Positions 37,422 through 50,231 are shown, counted from the whole stretch's first letter. The stretch: 63,268 nucleotides of DNA, filler included, from Diploschistes diacapsis (GCA_023645945.1; 26 parts of 26 records of this genome joined end to end with filler, not necessarily neighbours in it); one strand, 5' to 3'. Notes: generated by a model not told the origin, from the sequence alone. Numbers and translations: made by a program.

Positions 37422-38111
37422 TGTTACGATCCAAGGTACTAGGCGGTAGTACTTAGCACGCAACAGCTAGTCGGGCACTTCCCAACCACTCCTTATATAT
37501 AGTCCAATCAGGGTGACAGGGGTCACGTGACGAGTAAAAGGTCTAAGAAACCATTCTACCCAATCATAAATAGAAAGGAAGAACAGTACTTCTATTCATC
37601 TACTCATCTACTCCATTAAAGGAATTATTAATTATATAAGAACGTCGCCATGGCCTCCGTGAATCCAAAACGTGTTCACTTTTATAAACATCCTTAATCA
37701 TTACTCGGGATCAATCTATATTCGTTACTTCTATCATTAAAAAGCCTTCTTTTTAGAAATAGTCTAAGATCTATAACTGCTCTCCTTCTTTTCCTATTTA
37801 CATTCCTTTTCTAATAAAAATCAAACTTATCTTAATTAATACCTCGTGTCTATCTTATAGAGATAAAGATTATAACACTTAAACACCCTCAAAAATAAAT
37901 GTTTTAAATAATACAACCGGGCGATCGCTATCGCTGGCTAGATCCGTATTATCTCGCGTATTTAAAGTACTAACGCTATTAAATAAAACCGATGTTTTAA
38001 TAACGAATATTACGGAAGCTAAAGGCGACGACCTTAGAAGTAACGATAAACCCGACGAAGACAAATTATTCAAAAAACCCACTATAAAAACCGTAAAATT
38101 AATAACGTTTT
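37422..38111 (+). mobile_element. Gypsy family A 5' LTR (37422-37877) and gag start, inserted in another RIP-mutated repeat
   Basis: Full LTR TGTTACGATC...TATAACA. The internal part matches the reverse complement of about 2100-2336. Confidence 0.85.
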
Positions 38112-38610
38112 TGTTTGGCAACGTAATGGATATATTGAAGTCTAGAGGTCTATCTAGGAGGTTATCCTACTTTGCAGACTTTTATCCTTATGAGATACGT
38201 TAAGCCCTACTACCTATATTATTCCTAAACCGGTCTAATTGGGATTCTAGGAAATTCAGCTGAACTGAACCTTCCTCTGAAATTTAGTTAAACTTCTAGC
38301 CATGTCTTCTGCCTATCTGCTTAACATTCCCCCACAAGCGGAATCGTCCGGCATAACTATATAGTTTAATTAGATATCTTTTGGACTAAATCGAGTTCCT
38401 TAATAAAAACGTCGTGTTTCGAATAGTTTAGTGGCTTCGTAAGCTTATTAACAACCATTTTATCGGTAAAGATATAAGATATCTTGATACGTCCTTGTTT
38501 AATCAGATCTCGTACGTGATGATAAATAATATCGATGTATTTTGAACGATCGTTGATTCTTGCGTGCTTTATTAAATCTAAGGAATTAATATTATTACCG
38601 AGTAAATTAA
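38112..38610 (-). mobile_element. Copia family B 3' LTR (38112-38326), PPT and RNase H end, inserted into Gypsy gag
   Basis: Same LTR and KHARINDRSKYIDIIYYHVRDL as at 32247-32760. Confidence 0.85.
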
Positions 38611-39330
38611 NNNNNNNNNNNNNNNNNNNNNNNNNNNNNNNNNNNNNNNNNNNNTTAATTAATTAANNNNNNNNNNNNNNNNNNNNNNNNNNNNNNNNNN
38701 NNNNNNNNNNCCGTTAAAGAATAGTTAATTATATAAAAACGCGTTATGGTTTTTATAAATCGGGATATATTTATTTTTATAAATATCTTTAACGAATGTT
38801 TAAGATTAATCTATATTCATTTATTTCTATTACTAAATAATAATCTTTTCAGAAATTAATATAAACCTATGACCGATCTATTTCTTTTCCTTCCATACTC
38901 CTCTTCTATTAGAAACCAAACCCACCTTCATCAATACCTCGTGTCTACGTTGTAAAGATAGAGATCATAACATACCGACCCTTTCCTCCTCTTCCATTTA
39001 TTATATTTTTTTATTACTACCACACCGCCGCCGCCGTTGGGAAAAACCTAAGATACTATCGCCCTATAAACATATTAATTTCGTATATAATAACGGAATA
39101 GACTTATATTATTAAAAAATGTTTTAACGAATCAAAAAAGGGCCGAAAAACGGCCGCGCAGGGATAAAAATAAAATAATATAATTAAAAAGATTTAATTT
39201 CGTACAAATAATTTTTATGTGTGGGTATGGGACTCAAAAGCTCGCTAAAAACTATCTAGCGCAATTACATTATAATGTAGTGAGCCGCTTTGTGGTGTGG
39301 GCCGTTAAGTGGTGGAACACGTTATTATTA

Positions 39331-39957
39331 CTGAACAATAGTCAGCTACCAGGCTAGGCAGGCTAGGATTATTTCCTAGGTAGGACTAGCTGCAGAATAC
39401 ATTCTTAGTCATCAGTTACTTATTAGGAACTTCCATCACTTTCAACACCGCCTGTAGGAAAATGTTGGGCAGACAGGCAGAAGGTATGGCTGTAAGTCCA
39501 GCTTAATTCCGGAAGGTTCAGTTAACTGAACCTTTACCGAGGTTTAATTTAGCTGAACCTGTTGGAATTCTGGCTAGACCGATTTAGGAATAGTATGGGT
39601 AATAAGATTTAGCGGATTCCGTGGGGATAAAAGTCTGTAAAGTAAGATAACCTCCTAGATAAGACCTCTATATGGAACATCCTGAACGTTTATGGGTTCA
39701 GGGGTTGAACCCCGTAGGGCGGTAGGGCTGGCACCCACACTATTTATTTGTACCCTCCTCCTACCTAGATAGTTTCTTCTTTACCTTTTCGAATCTGAAC
39801 CATTCAGCCTACAGATGCTCAGTTACACGTAATCCTTCCGTGTTGAAAGTGGTGGAAGTCCTAATAGGTAACTGATGACTAAGAGTGTATTCTTCAGCTA
39901 GTCCTAACTACGGAATAATCCTAGCCTGCCTAGCCTGGTAGCTGACTATTGTTCAAT
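39331..39957. repeat. Inverted pair of LTR-like ends (39331-39447 and 39841-39957) flanking Copia B and Gypsy D-like LTR fragments
   Basis: ...CATCACTTTCAACA versus TGTTGAAAGTGGTGG...; about 115 bp of near reverse-complement identity. Confidence 0.75.
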
Positions 39958-40474
39958 GATTATATATTGAAGAGGTTCAAGGTTGTAACTAGAAATGATG
40001 GAGGGTGAGAGGCCTTTTATAGGCACATTTCACGCTAGGGTGACTAGTAAAAATTCAATCTAGAATGTTCTTTTTCCTTCTAAATCATTTTATGCATTAG
40101 TAAGCCGAATGTTCTAGAATATTCTAGAATATTTAATAATATTCAATAAACTTCGATGATGTTTTATTATGTTCTAGAATATTCTAGAATCTTTTAGAAC
40201 CTTATAGAACCTTCTAGAACCTTCTAGAACCTTCTAAAATATTTAAATATATTAGAAGNNNNNNNNNNNNNNNNNNNNNNNNNNNNNNNNNNNNNNNNNN
40301 NNTTAATTAATTAANNNNNNNNNNNNNNNNNNNNNNNNNNNNNNNNNNNNNNNNNNNNAAATCGAATTATTATCATGCGAGGTAATCATTATTAAGAAAG
40401 ATTTAATGTAAGATGAAAATAGTGATTTAAGGTGGCCGGAATCTGGGGGTAGCCGGAATCCCCGTGAAACACGT

Positions 40475-41294
40475 TAGGCGATAATGGCTGATTATTAAGG
40501 ACGTAATCCATCTTTTTACTTTTAAGATATATACGTATGAGTTCGAATTATTACTATTGGTTCTTTTTTTTAGGATGGGAGCAACCCGTTTTTTAAATAA
40601 GATATCGTTCATCTTGTTGCTATTTTCGTAAATAAAAAAGCTTTATTAAATGAATAACTCGTAGTAAATAAGTGATTAATCAATGATATAAAGGGTAATT
40701 CTTTATAATAGAAATGAAGATGATCGAAAAGGTTTAACAGGGTTTAGTTAAATTTTAATAATTGTCGAGGAAGAAGAAAAGGTGGTTGTTTTTCGTTCGC
40801 CTGTATAGATGATTTAGATCCAATTACTTCTTATTTAGGCACATCTTATGTCAGCGTAATAAGGTCCCGCGTTCTTTTAGTATAGTATAATTTCTAGCTT
40901 TGAATCAACCCATCCTGGAGTTTTATGATTTAGATCCTGGGTTTTCGGATTTTTTCGATTTAACCGTCGATAGATAGCGTAATCGGACCCGCGTTCGTAA
41001 TCGTAATAATTGTCGGGAAATGTAATTTCAATAAACGATAAGCGTAGTAAAGTAAATGTTGTACCGGGCTTATAACCTATTAAGCAACGTAATGGATATA
41101 TTAAAATTTAGAGATCTTATTTAAAAGGTTATCCTACTTTTTAGATTTTTATCCTTATGAAATTACGTTAAGCCTTACTTCCTGCACTATTTCTAATTCG
41201 GGTTAGTGGAAATTCCAGAAGGTTCAGCTGAACTGAACCTCCTTCTGGAATTCAGTCGAACTCCCAGCCATGCCTTCTGCCTGTCTGTTCAACA
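40475..41294 (-). mobile_element. Copia family B 5' LTR (41078-41294) with PBS GGTTATAAGCCC (41077-41066) and degenerate gag. A Fot1 TIR ends at 40474.
   Basis: The LTR matches family B. The PBS matches the GGTTATGAGCCC half-tRNAiMet type, with one RIP-type G>A change. Confidence 0.75.
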
Positions 41295-42393
41295 GTTATA
41301 TTATATCCCCTTAGCGAAGTCAAGTTTAATCCTTATAGGTTTATTACCATCGAGTAACCCTATTATTGAATCATTAAGACGGGAAGTATGTTCTATACGG
41401 TAAGTTAATTATAAACGCGGAAATAATATTTTGGACGGAATACTTCGACTGATATCCTACCGACGAAATACTTGACAAGCGCCCCCCAGGGCAACAGCGG
41501 AGAGATGGCAGCGATGCAACGAGAAGGAGGAGAATCGCGTCGCGACGCGTTTCATCCTCAATAGGACCGCGCAGGCGGGCCGGTAGGGAACTCGAACGTA
41601 AAGGATAGATTAAAAAACGTAATATAAATAATCGAAATATATATGAAAGTAAAATAAAACGAAAGATTAATATAATTCTAGATTATAATAACGGAAACGA
41701 TACGTAAGAACAGTACCGACGCGTCGGAAATTAACCGTAAAAAAATTCGTCGAAATTAAAAAAAATTAAATATAATAAAATAAAAGAATAAATAACGATA
41801 TTCGAACGAAAGACGAAAGTAATATAAAAAGAATTTATAATAATAACGTATAGAATACGAATAAGTTCCGTAAATATTACGAAATAAAACGCGATAATAT
41901 ATATNNNNNNNNNNNNNNNNNNNNNNNNNNNNNNNNNNNNNNNNNNNNTTAATTAATTAANNNNNNNNNNNNNNNNNNNNNNNNNNNNNNNNNNNNNNNN
42001 NNNNATCCCGAATAATCGTTAAAGATATTTATAAAAATAAACACGCCCTTTTCTACGAAAGTAAAGTCGTGTTTATATATAATTAACTCGCTTATCGTTT
42101 ATCGTAAATTTAACGAGCGGTGTTTTCGAGGCTCGTCGTTTATAAGAATAAACGCGATTATCGAGCGATGGCGAAAGCTTATTCGTCGTTCATAAAAGTG
42201 AGCGTAAGTAGTGAGCACGTTACGTAACTCCTGTCCCGTGACTGGCCTATATACAACAAAGCTGGGACGTGCCAAGTCTGGTACTTGGATCGTAACAATG
42301 GGATTCTTTATAAACAAAGTACCAGGCGGTTATTGAACCTGAACGTCGATATCTAAACCTTAAATTTACTAATTATAGACTTAAGGAAGGCAC

Positions 42394-42674
42394 TAGGCTG
42401 GCCGTCACGGACACTGACACGGCCGTGGCAGTGTCCGTGTTTTGAAATTTTTAATCGTAATGTCTGTGTCCGTGCTTTTATTATAGTATAATGTCCGTGG
42501 AAATGTCCGTGTTTTAAAATTTTTAATTATAATATCCGTGTTCGTGTTTTTATTATAATATAATGTCCGTAGAAGTATCCGTATTTTAAAAATTTTAATC
42601 GTAATGTCCGTGTCCGTGCTTTTATTGTAGTGTAGTGTCCGTGTCAGTGACCGTGGCACGCAACGGCCAGCCTA
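42394..42674 (+). mobile_element. hAT-like non-autonomous TIR element (family C), 281 bp
   Basis: 12-bp TIRs TAGGCTGGCCGT / ACGGCCAGCCTA. The interior consists of about 72-bp units rich in GTGTCCGTG. Confidence 0.8.
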
Positions 42675-42803
42675 CTTTTTAGAGATTAATATAGACTTAT
42701 AACCGATCTACTTCGTCTCTTTCTTATACTCCTCTTCTAACAGAGACCAAACCTACCTTGATCAATACCTCGTGTCTACCTTGTAGAAATAGAGATCATA
42801 ACA

Positions 42804-43253
42804 ATTAGACGTTGCGAGCTTTTTTAAAATTAACTAACCCGATTCGACGTTATTCGACTTAAATAACTTATATACTTAAATCGACGCATATTAAATTTAT
42901 AAGGCTTCATAAAAAAATCGAAAACAAAAAACGCTTCTTAATAATCGTAAAAAACGTAAATTAAACAAACGAATCGAATTAAAAGATCGTTTTATATTTA
43001 ATACAGACGAAATACTTAAAATAATAATTCGGGTTGAATCGAATCGAACAATTTCGAAAGGACTTACAACGCGTAAAAAACGTTATCGCGTTTCTGAAAT
43101 CGAGGAAGATAAAAACGAAGGAAATAGATTCGATTCGGATCGATTAGATTCTGATTGCGACGAACAGGTTATATTTAAAAACCGTAAAATGTTAGCGATA
43201 GTGATTTAAGGTGGCCGAGCTTTGGGGGTGGCCGAGCTGACCGTGAAACACGT
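42804..43253 (+). mobile_element. Fot1/pogo transposon 3' end with TIR and TA
   Basis: Reverse complement of 575-1020 and 8809-9250. Ends ...CCGTGAAACACGT|TA. Confidence 0.85.
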
Positions 43254-43650
43254 TATTAAAAGTTCGGCTGAATTAATATTAAACTCATTCGATCAAAAAA
43301 TAACGAGATAAAAGATAACATCTTATATAACAAGCGGGTTATCCTTTTAATAGTTATTTATAATATTATTACCTAGGTTAACAAACTAGCCGATAAATAA
43401 AAGAAATTAGCAATATATTCGATCTATTAACACGATATAAAAGATTTAGATATAAAACTAAATCTAAATCTAAATTCACCGATTAGTTACATCTATCTAA
43501 ATACTTAATTTTTATTCGAAAACGACGAATCAAAATTAAGAAAAGAATTCNNNNNNNNNNNNNNNNNNNNNNNNNNNNNNNNNNNNNNNNNNNNTTAATT
43601 AATTAANNNNNNNNNNNNNNNNNNNNNNNNNNNNNNNNNNNNNNNNNNNN

Positions 43651-44447
43651 ATATAATATTTTAAAAATGATTATAGGCGGTAATATTTCGTTAATAATTA
43701 AAATATATTCGATCGTAGTTATTTATTTTTATTTATTTTTAATAATTTTTTAATTCGAGTCTATTTAATTCGAAACGAAGGCTTTAAAAAAAATTATTAT
43801 TAATATTAAAACCTAATTAGTTTATATTATAGATATATTCGGGCGCGTATTATTTCTTATTGTATTAAGTTATTATTATATCGAATTACCGTTATATAGC
43901 CTCGTAATTTGTTGTATTAAATTTATTCGACTCGATCTATCTCGTTCAGATATTAATAATTTTAGGAAATCGTTTGCAAAATCGCGATACCTAATTTTTG
44001 TCGATAGGTTGAAGATTCGCGATCATGACTTCTAGATTCGAACCGAATCGAATTCTTTCGCGTCGAATTTCTTCGGTTATTTTTATTACTAACGCAGGCG
44101 ATATAGAAAAGTTAGTTTATATAAAACGTATAATTTATCGTATTAATATCTTTTCTTCCGAATTTAAAAGGATTTGAATCGTTTCGTGGTTATTAAAGCG
44201 AGATTGAGTTCTATTGAATCGATTTATAATGGTCGATCGAGATATTTTAAATGCGCGGACAGTTTCTCGAATGTTAATATATTATTATAATTTTAGGGCC
44301 TGTAAACATTCGTTGATATTAGATTCTATTAAAATCGAATTATTTTTATGCGAGGTAGTTATTGTTGAGAAAGATCGAATATAAGATGAAAATAATGATT
44401 TGAGGTGGCCGGAATCTGGGGGTGGCCGGAATCCCCGTGAAACACGT
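43651..44447 (-). mobile_element. Fot1/pogo transposon 5' end (HTH-psq/CENP-B region), RIP-mutated
   Basis: TIR ACGTGTTTCACGGGGATTCCGGCCACC. The minus strand reads ESNINECLQALK..IRETVRAFKISRSTI.NRFN. Confidence 0.8.
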
Positions 44448-44560
44448 TAATTTAAGTCGATAATTAATTCGTTTAATTTCGTCCGATATAACGAGTTGTT
44501 TATCGATTAAAAAAGAGCATCGCGTTTATAAAAGACATAAGCATCTAAAGAAAAAGGTAG

Positions 44561-44880
44561 TGAAACAGCCCAGCCCAGGAACCTGCCAAGCCACGGCAGG
44601 GTTAGTGCCCAGGGGCTTGCTAAGCCACGGCAGGATTAATGCCCAGGTGCTTGCCAAGACACGGCAGGGTTAGGAAGTGGTTGTGTAAATAGGTAATCCC
44701 CGAACCCCGGTAGGTCTGGCATCCACACTACTTAACGGTGCCCTTCTCCCACCTAGATAGTTTCTTCTTTAGTTTTTCGAATCGAGACCTTTTACCTGTA
44801 GATGTCTAAGCTACACCTAATCCTTCCGGATCAGGCCCAGCCCCCGGTGGAGAACCATCCTTTCCTGCGCTGGCGTTTCA
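44561..44880 (+). mobile_element. Gypsy family D 3' LTR preceded by PPT
   Basis: AAAGAAAAAGGTAG|TGAAAC...GTTTCA, with three tandem GCCAAG.CACGGCAGG units of about 31 bp. Confidence 0.85.
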
Positions 44881-45296
44881 AATTAACTCGTTTGATTTCG
44901 TTTAATATAACGGGTTATTTATCGAATAAAAAAGATCCGACTTTAACGTAATCTAACTTTTTAAAAGGTTTACGTGTCCTAAAATTATTTATAACTTTAT
45001 ATAAATAAACCTTATCTTTCTTTTTTAACTAATAATTCTTCCTTAAAGCTTTAAATTTCTTAATATTATTCAATGTCTCGTTATTAGGTGATTATGTATT
45101 TTAAATCTTTCTAACTTTCTTATATTTATTATTAAGATAGTATTCGGCTTATAATAATAGTTTAACTTAATTATCCATGTTCTAATTAACGTAATGNNNN
45201 NNNNNNNNNNNNNNNNNNNNNNNNNNNNNNNNNNNNNNNNTTAATTAATTAANNNNNNNNNNNNNNNNNNNNNNNNNNNNNNNNNNNNNNNNNNNN

Positions 45297-46841
45297 CTAT
45301 ATTAGTTATATAGAACGATTTAACGACGGTATAGAAGAACGCGAAGGTATAGAAGGACCTAACGGTGGCGAAAGAGAGTTTAATTCTGATTAAAATAGTT
45401 AAATGTTAGAATAAGGCGGAGCGTTTAATATATCCACGTCTTAAGATTTATCCGAAATGTTGAATTGTAGCTAAAATATACCACGGTTCTATATGCGTCT
45501 TATGATAGCCCTTAACGTTCTTTCGTTTTTTATTAAAATAAGGTCGGACTCGTTTTTGAAAGTAATTTTTATTTCGTGAGCATTAAGGTTGAACGTGAAT
45601 GGCCTATTGAAACCCGATTTTAAGATTTAAATAAATTTTTTATAATTTATATCCTTAGATGTTTAAGCTTTTCTCTATAGTTTTTTTATAAGAATGTCGT
45701 ATAATCTAAAGATTGATAAAAAAGTTTTCGGCGTTTTAACAATGAACTCCTATTTCGGATCTAGAGTAAGACTTGGAGTACTATTACGTCCTATCAAGTC
45801 TAGCTATAGGCGATGCTTGATATTGATAGACGATTGAGTAAGGGGCTAAGATCTATTAGCGTGAAGCGTTTCTCGGAAGGCGTCGTTCTATTTATGGGTC
45901 CTTTATTTCTTTACGTAATTTTAATAGCGTTTTTATTAATTATCTCGATATATTTAAAATTATATTATTAAATAATCGATACTCGACTTTATTCTTTAGT
46001 TACGGCGCAGGTTCTTTGTCTCATTAGGATGTCTAGCTTTCGTTTTGAACCGCTATATTCCGGCTTCTTTTTCAACTCAGCCGCTCGTTTAAGCATCTTT
46101 TTCCAAATTTATCGGTCGATAACAGAAGCATCCGTTTTTAATAAGGAGTTCTGTATAGTTTATTTTTTAGTTTTTAATTTTTAGTTCTCGTTTCTGAACG
46201 ATAAGACTTTCTAATATATATAAATATTTATTGCTAAACGTAAGAGATTAAAAACCCGCTATTATAACGAAGATAGGAAGTATAAAAAAGAGGACGAATA
46301 TATAAAATATTTTTTAAGAAATCTTTCTAAGTTTATATAAGAACGAGCGAAATAGATAAAGATAGAAATAAAGGTTGAAACGATTCGGGCATTCGGTTAC
46401 TTTATCGTTAGAAAAGATAATAATAATTATTCGAAGTTTGATATATGATTATAATTATATTAGACTAAAGTTCGGGAGTTATGCGAAACGAGAATAATCG
46501 CGGAATAAAATAAAGTTCAAATGGTTTTATTAGAAGTATAGATGGGAACGGCGAATATATGAATATTCGGGTATTAAGTTATAATAAATCCGTTTCGCGT
46601 AAAAGAATAAACAGATAATCACGTAATAAATAACCCGTTATATACGCGTCGAATAGGGGTTAAAGCTGTAACTTTTATACTATAATAACGGCTTGAAATT
46701 AGGCCGATTCTGCGAGCGAAAAGCTTTAAATTAAATATAACGTATTTGATTCGTTAAGTCCTCGTTAATCATAAACCTTTTCTAAAGAAGAAGTTTATTT
46801 ATAATATATTATTCATACTTTCATCGAACATAATGTTATGT
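45297..46841. repeat. Unclassified heavily RIP-mutated repeat or transposase relic
   Basis: TpA-rich, CpA/TpG-poor and CpG-retaining composition. I could not recognise a diagnostic motif. Confidence 0.5.
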
Positions 46842-46941
46842 NNNNNNNNNNNNNNNNNNNNNNNNNNNNNNNNNNNNNNNNNNNNTTAATTAATTAANNN
46901 NNNNNNNNNNNNNNNNNNNNNNNNNNNNNNNNNNNNNNNNN

Positions 46942-48241
46942 ATCTACCGCTTATCAAAAGAAAGGTATTATATCCTTTATAGGGTTAGAAATAAGAATAT
47001 AAGCGCTAAAATAATAATTTAATTATTTTATAAGGATGTATAGAAACATCACGGCCTATTTTTAACTATTATGTTCGATAAAAGGACTTAATTCGTTAAT
47101 TAATTATAATAATATTTATGTGATATATTACATATCCGTTTTAAACTATCGACGGCGTTTTATTTTTAAACGGACGGATAAACCGAAAATATTAATAAAG
47201 AAATAGAACGGTATTTACGAACCTTCGTCTATTATTCGCAAAAGGATTAAGAACGGCTATTTTTTATAACGGAATTCGTTATCAACGCGGCCGAATTTAA
47301 ATCAACGAGATGTTCGTCGTATTTCGTTATTAAAGAATACGAATCTCGGATGGTTTTCGATATCGATAAAATAACGAAATAAAAAACGATTGCCCGCGAA
47401 AGAATAAATAATCGAGATATTAATATTATCGTCGAAATTATATAAGATATTTAGAACTTCGCGAAAAGATATATGGCATTAATTTAATAATAATAAAAGC
47501 GATACGCGGACGAATACCGTTATTTCGTTAAAAAGATTAATCCCGACGATTCGATTTAATTAAACATAGGCTGGCCGTCACGGACACGGCCGTGGTAGTG
47601 TCCGTGTTTTGAAATTTTCAGCCGTAGTGTCCGTGTTCGTGCTTTTATTGTAATGCAGTGTCCGTGGAAGTGTCCGTGTTTTAAAATTTTTAATCGTAGT
47701 GTCCGTGTCCGTGCTTTTATTATAATGTAATGTCCGTGGAAGTGTCCGTGTTTTAAAATTTTAGCCGTAGTGTCCGTGGCAGTGTCGTGTTTTAAAAATT
47801 TTCTCGGTAGTGTCCGTGGAAGTGTCCGTGGCACAAAACGGCCAGCCTAATATTGACTGAAAAGGGTATCATTGCGTTTATAAGAGACACAAGCATCTGG
47901 AGAAGGGGGTAGTAAGATAGATTAGTTCAGGCGTGCCGAGCCACCGGGGTCACGTAACGGCAGGGTTATATGACGGCAGGGTTACATGACGGTAGGGTTA
48001 TATGACGGGTATCAACCGTGCCAAGGATGTTAGGGGGTAGTTGTGTAGGCGAGTAGGACCCGAACCCCGTAAGGCTGGTACTTATATACTATTTATTCCT
48101 GCCATCCTTCTATTTAGATAGTTTCTTTTCTAACTTTTCGAATCGAGATTTTTTACCTATAGATGCCCAGTTACACGTAATCTCACCGGATCAGGCCCAG
48201 CCCCCGGTAATGTAGTATCCCATTCCTGCGCTGGTGTTTCA
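46942..48241 (+). mobile_element. Gypsy integrase relic, interrupted by a family C element (47567-47849), then PPT and a family D-variant 3' LTR (47913-48241)
   Basis: KLSTAFYFxTDGxTENINKEIERYLRTFV (RIP-mutated STAFHPQTDGQTE), PPT GGAGAAGGGGGTAG, and an LTR with 16-bp GGCAGGGTTA(C/T)ATGAC repeats. Confidence 0.8.
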
Positions 48242-49472
48242 AAGATACTTTATTATTAAAGTAAACGAAGCTAACTTAAACCTTAAGATATAATAAAGTT
48301 GAGATAAGGACGGAAATATTATTATTAATAGTATTTTCGATTGGATCTTTAAATCGAAAGTAGATATTTCCGGACTTTATAATAGTCTATTCTTAACTAA
48401 TATTAGAAAATAAGAATTTACTATGTATTAATAATATTTAAAAGCACGAGATAAGTAATCTAATCTCGAATAATATAAAATTATATNNNNNNNNNNNNNN
48501 NNNNNNNNNNNNNNNNNNNNNNNNNNNNNNTTAATTAATTAANNNNNNNNNNNNNNNNNNNNNNNNNNNNNNNNNNNNNNNNNNNNGTGTTGAGCGTTGT
48601 TGATGTGGCGTTAACGGATACTATATGAATGGTTGGATTATTAATGACGTGTATAATACCCGTTATTAACGTAATAGGCTCCGGTATATCTAGTTTAATA
48701 AATTTAAATTTAATTCTTCTTCTTAAAATTTTAATCCGTAAGAACCTTTTTATTAACTGTCGGCCATCATTATCTGGCTCGGGTTAATTATAAGGAACGG
48801 GAGTAGGGGCCTTTAGAATGCTGTGATCCTTAATAGAAATAGATGATAAAGGTTTAATATAATTTAGTTAAACTTTTATTTTTATCGTTAATACGTTTTT
48901 GGCGTGCGTAACTGACCCGTCGTTGACGTAGGTAATTGATTCGTCGTTAATATTTTTAATATTATATATTAGATCGTTGATTGGACGTTCCGGTAGCTTT
49001 CGGATAGGTATTACGTTATCGTCTTTTTTATAGCTTTTAAATAATTTTAGTTTTTAAAAAATAAACGTTTTATTTTCTTTAAACTTAATTAAATTGATTT
49101 TAATAATTTTTTTGAATATCGAGTGTTTAGATTTTATATTATTTATCGGTATTAATATATCCGATTATTATACTTAGTTTTATTTTATTTATTAACTTAT
49201 TTTATCGTTTAGATAATGATTTAGGATTTACGTAATTATAGCATCTTGATCCTTAAATACGAATATTATCTATTAACGGATTTTCGTTTAATTAATATTC
49301 GGTAAACGTCGCGACTAAACCGTTTAATTTAGGTTTTATTATTGTTTTATTTCGGATGTAGTATTGAGTCAATATTGTTTCGTTTTAAAAAGCGTATTCT
49401 TATTTCGCTCCTTTAAGTATAACACGGATGTTCATCTCGATAATTTATATGAATCTTTCGGTAGTGTTATTT

Positions 49473-49926
49473 TGTTATGATCTCTATCTATACAAGGTAT
49501 ACACGAGTAGGATCAAGGTGGGTTTGATTTCTATTAGAAGAGGAATGTGGTAGGAGAAGAAGATAAAACAGTTACAGGTCTTGGACTATCTTTAAAAAGA
49601 AGGTTTTTTAAGTAATAAAAATAACGAATATAGATTAATCTCGAATAATCGTTAAAGATGTTTATAAAAATAAATACGTTCTTTTTTACGAAAATAAAAT
49701 CGTGTTTATATATAGTTAATTCGTTTACCGTTTATCGTAAATTTAACGAGCGGTGCTTTTAAGGCTTACCGTTTACAAAAATAAGCGCGATTATCGAGCG
49801 ATAACGAAAGCTTACTCGCCGCTTACGAGAATAAACGCGAATAATAAACGTATTACGTGATCTTTAATCCCGTAACTAACCTATATATAGCTGGGACGTG
49901 TTAAATTTAATATTTAAATCGTAATA
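49473..49926 (-). repeat. Full-length family A' LTR
   Basis: TGTTATGATCTC...ATCGTAATA (RIP-mutated GATCGTAACA) on the plus strand. Confidence 0.8.
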
Positions 49927-50231
49927 TTATTCTTTTTTTTTAGAAACAGTTTAAGACTTATAACTGTTCTATCTTTTTTTCCTGCCACACTCCTCTTTTA
50001 ACAGAGACCAAACCTACCTTGATCCTACTCGTGTATACCTTGTATAGATAGAGATCATAACAATAATAGACAAGTTTAATAATAAATCTTATTATATATC
50101 TTTTAAGGAAGACTATAACGCAAGATAATTANNNNNNNNNNNNNNNNNNNNNNNNNNNNNNNNNNNNNNNNNNNNTTAATTAATTAANNNNNNNNNNNNN
50201 NNNNNNNNNNNNNNNNNNNNNNNNNNNNNNN

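Noticed and set aside
37878..37889. Self-priming PBS for family A (TAAACAC, possibly RIP-mutated TGAACAC, versus GTGTTCA at 37672-37678)
   Set aside because: Only 7 nt and it requires assuming a RIP change, which is too weak to claim.
42394..42674. CRISPR-like array
   Set aside because: The intervening sequences are themselves repeated rather than unique spacers. The context is eukaryotic, there are no cas genes, and the array is bounded by TIRs.
45297..46841. Starship captain (DUF3435) or Crypton tyrosine recombinase relic
   Set aside because: No catalytic R-H-R-Y-type motifs could be read in any frame, so it is left unclassified.
47556..47834. His/Arg-rich repeat ORFs (HGHFHGHY..., TRTRT...) here and at 42405, 50431, 54438 and 54460
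   Set aside because: These are translations of the non-coding GTGTCCGTG array of family C. The frames differ among copies.
47959..48008. AGGGTTA repeats as telomeric sequence
   Set aside because: They are part of 16-bp tandem units inside an LTR, not contiguous TTAGGG repeats.
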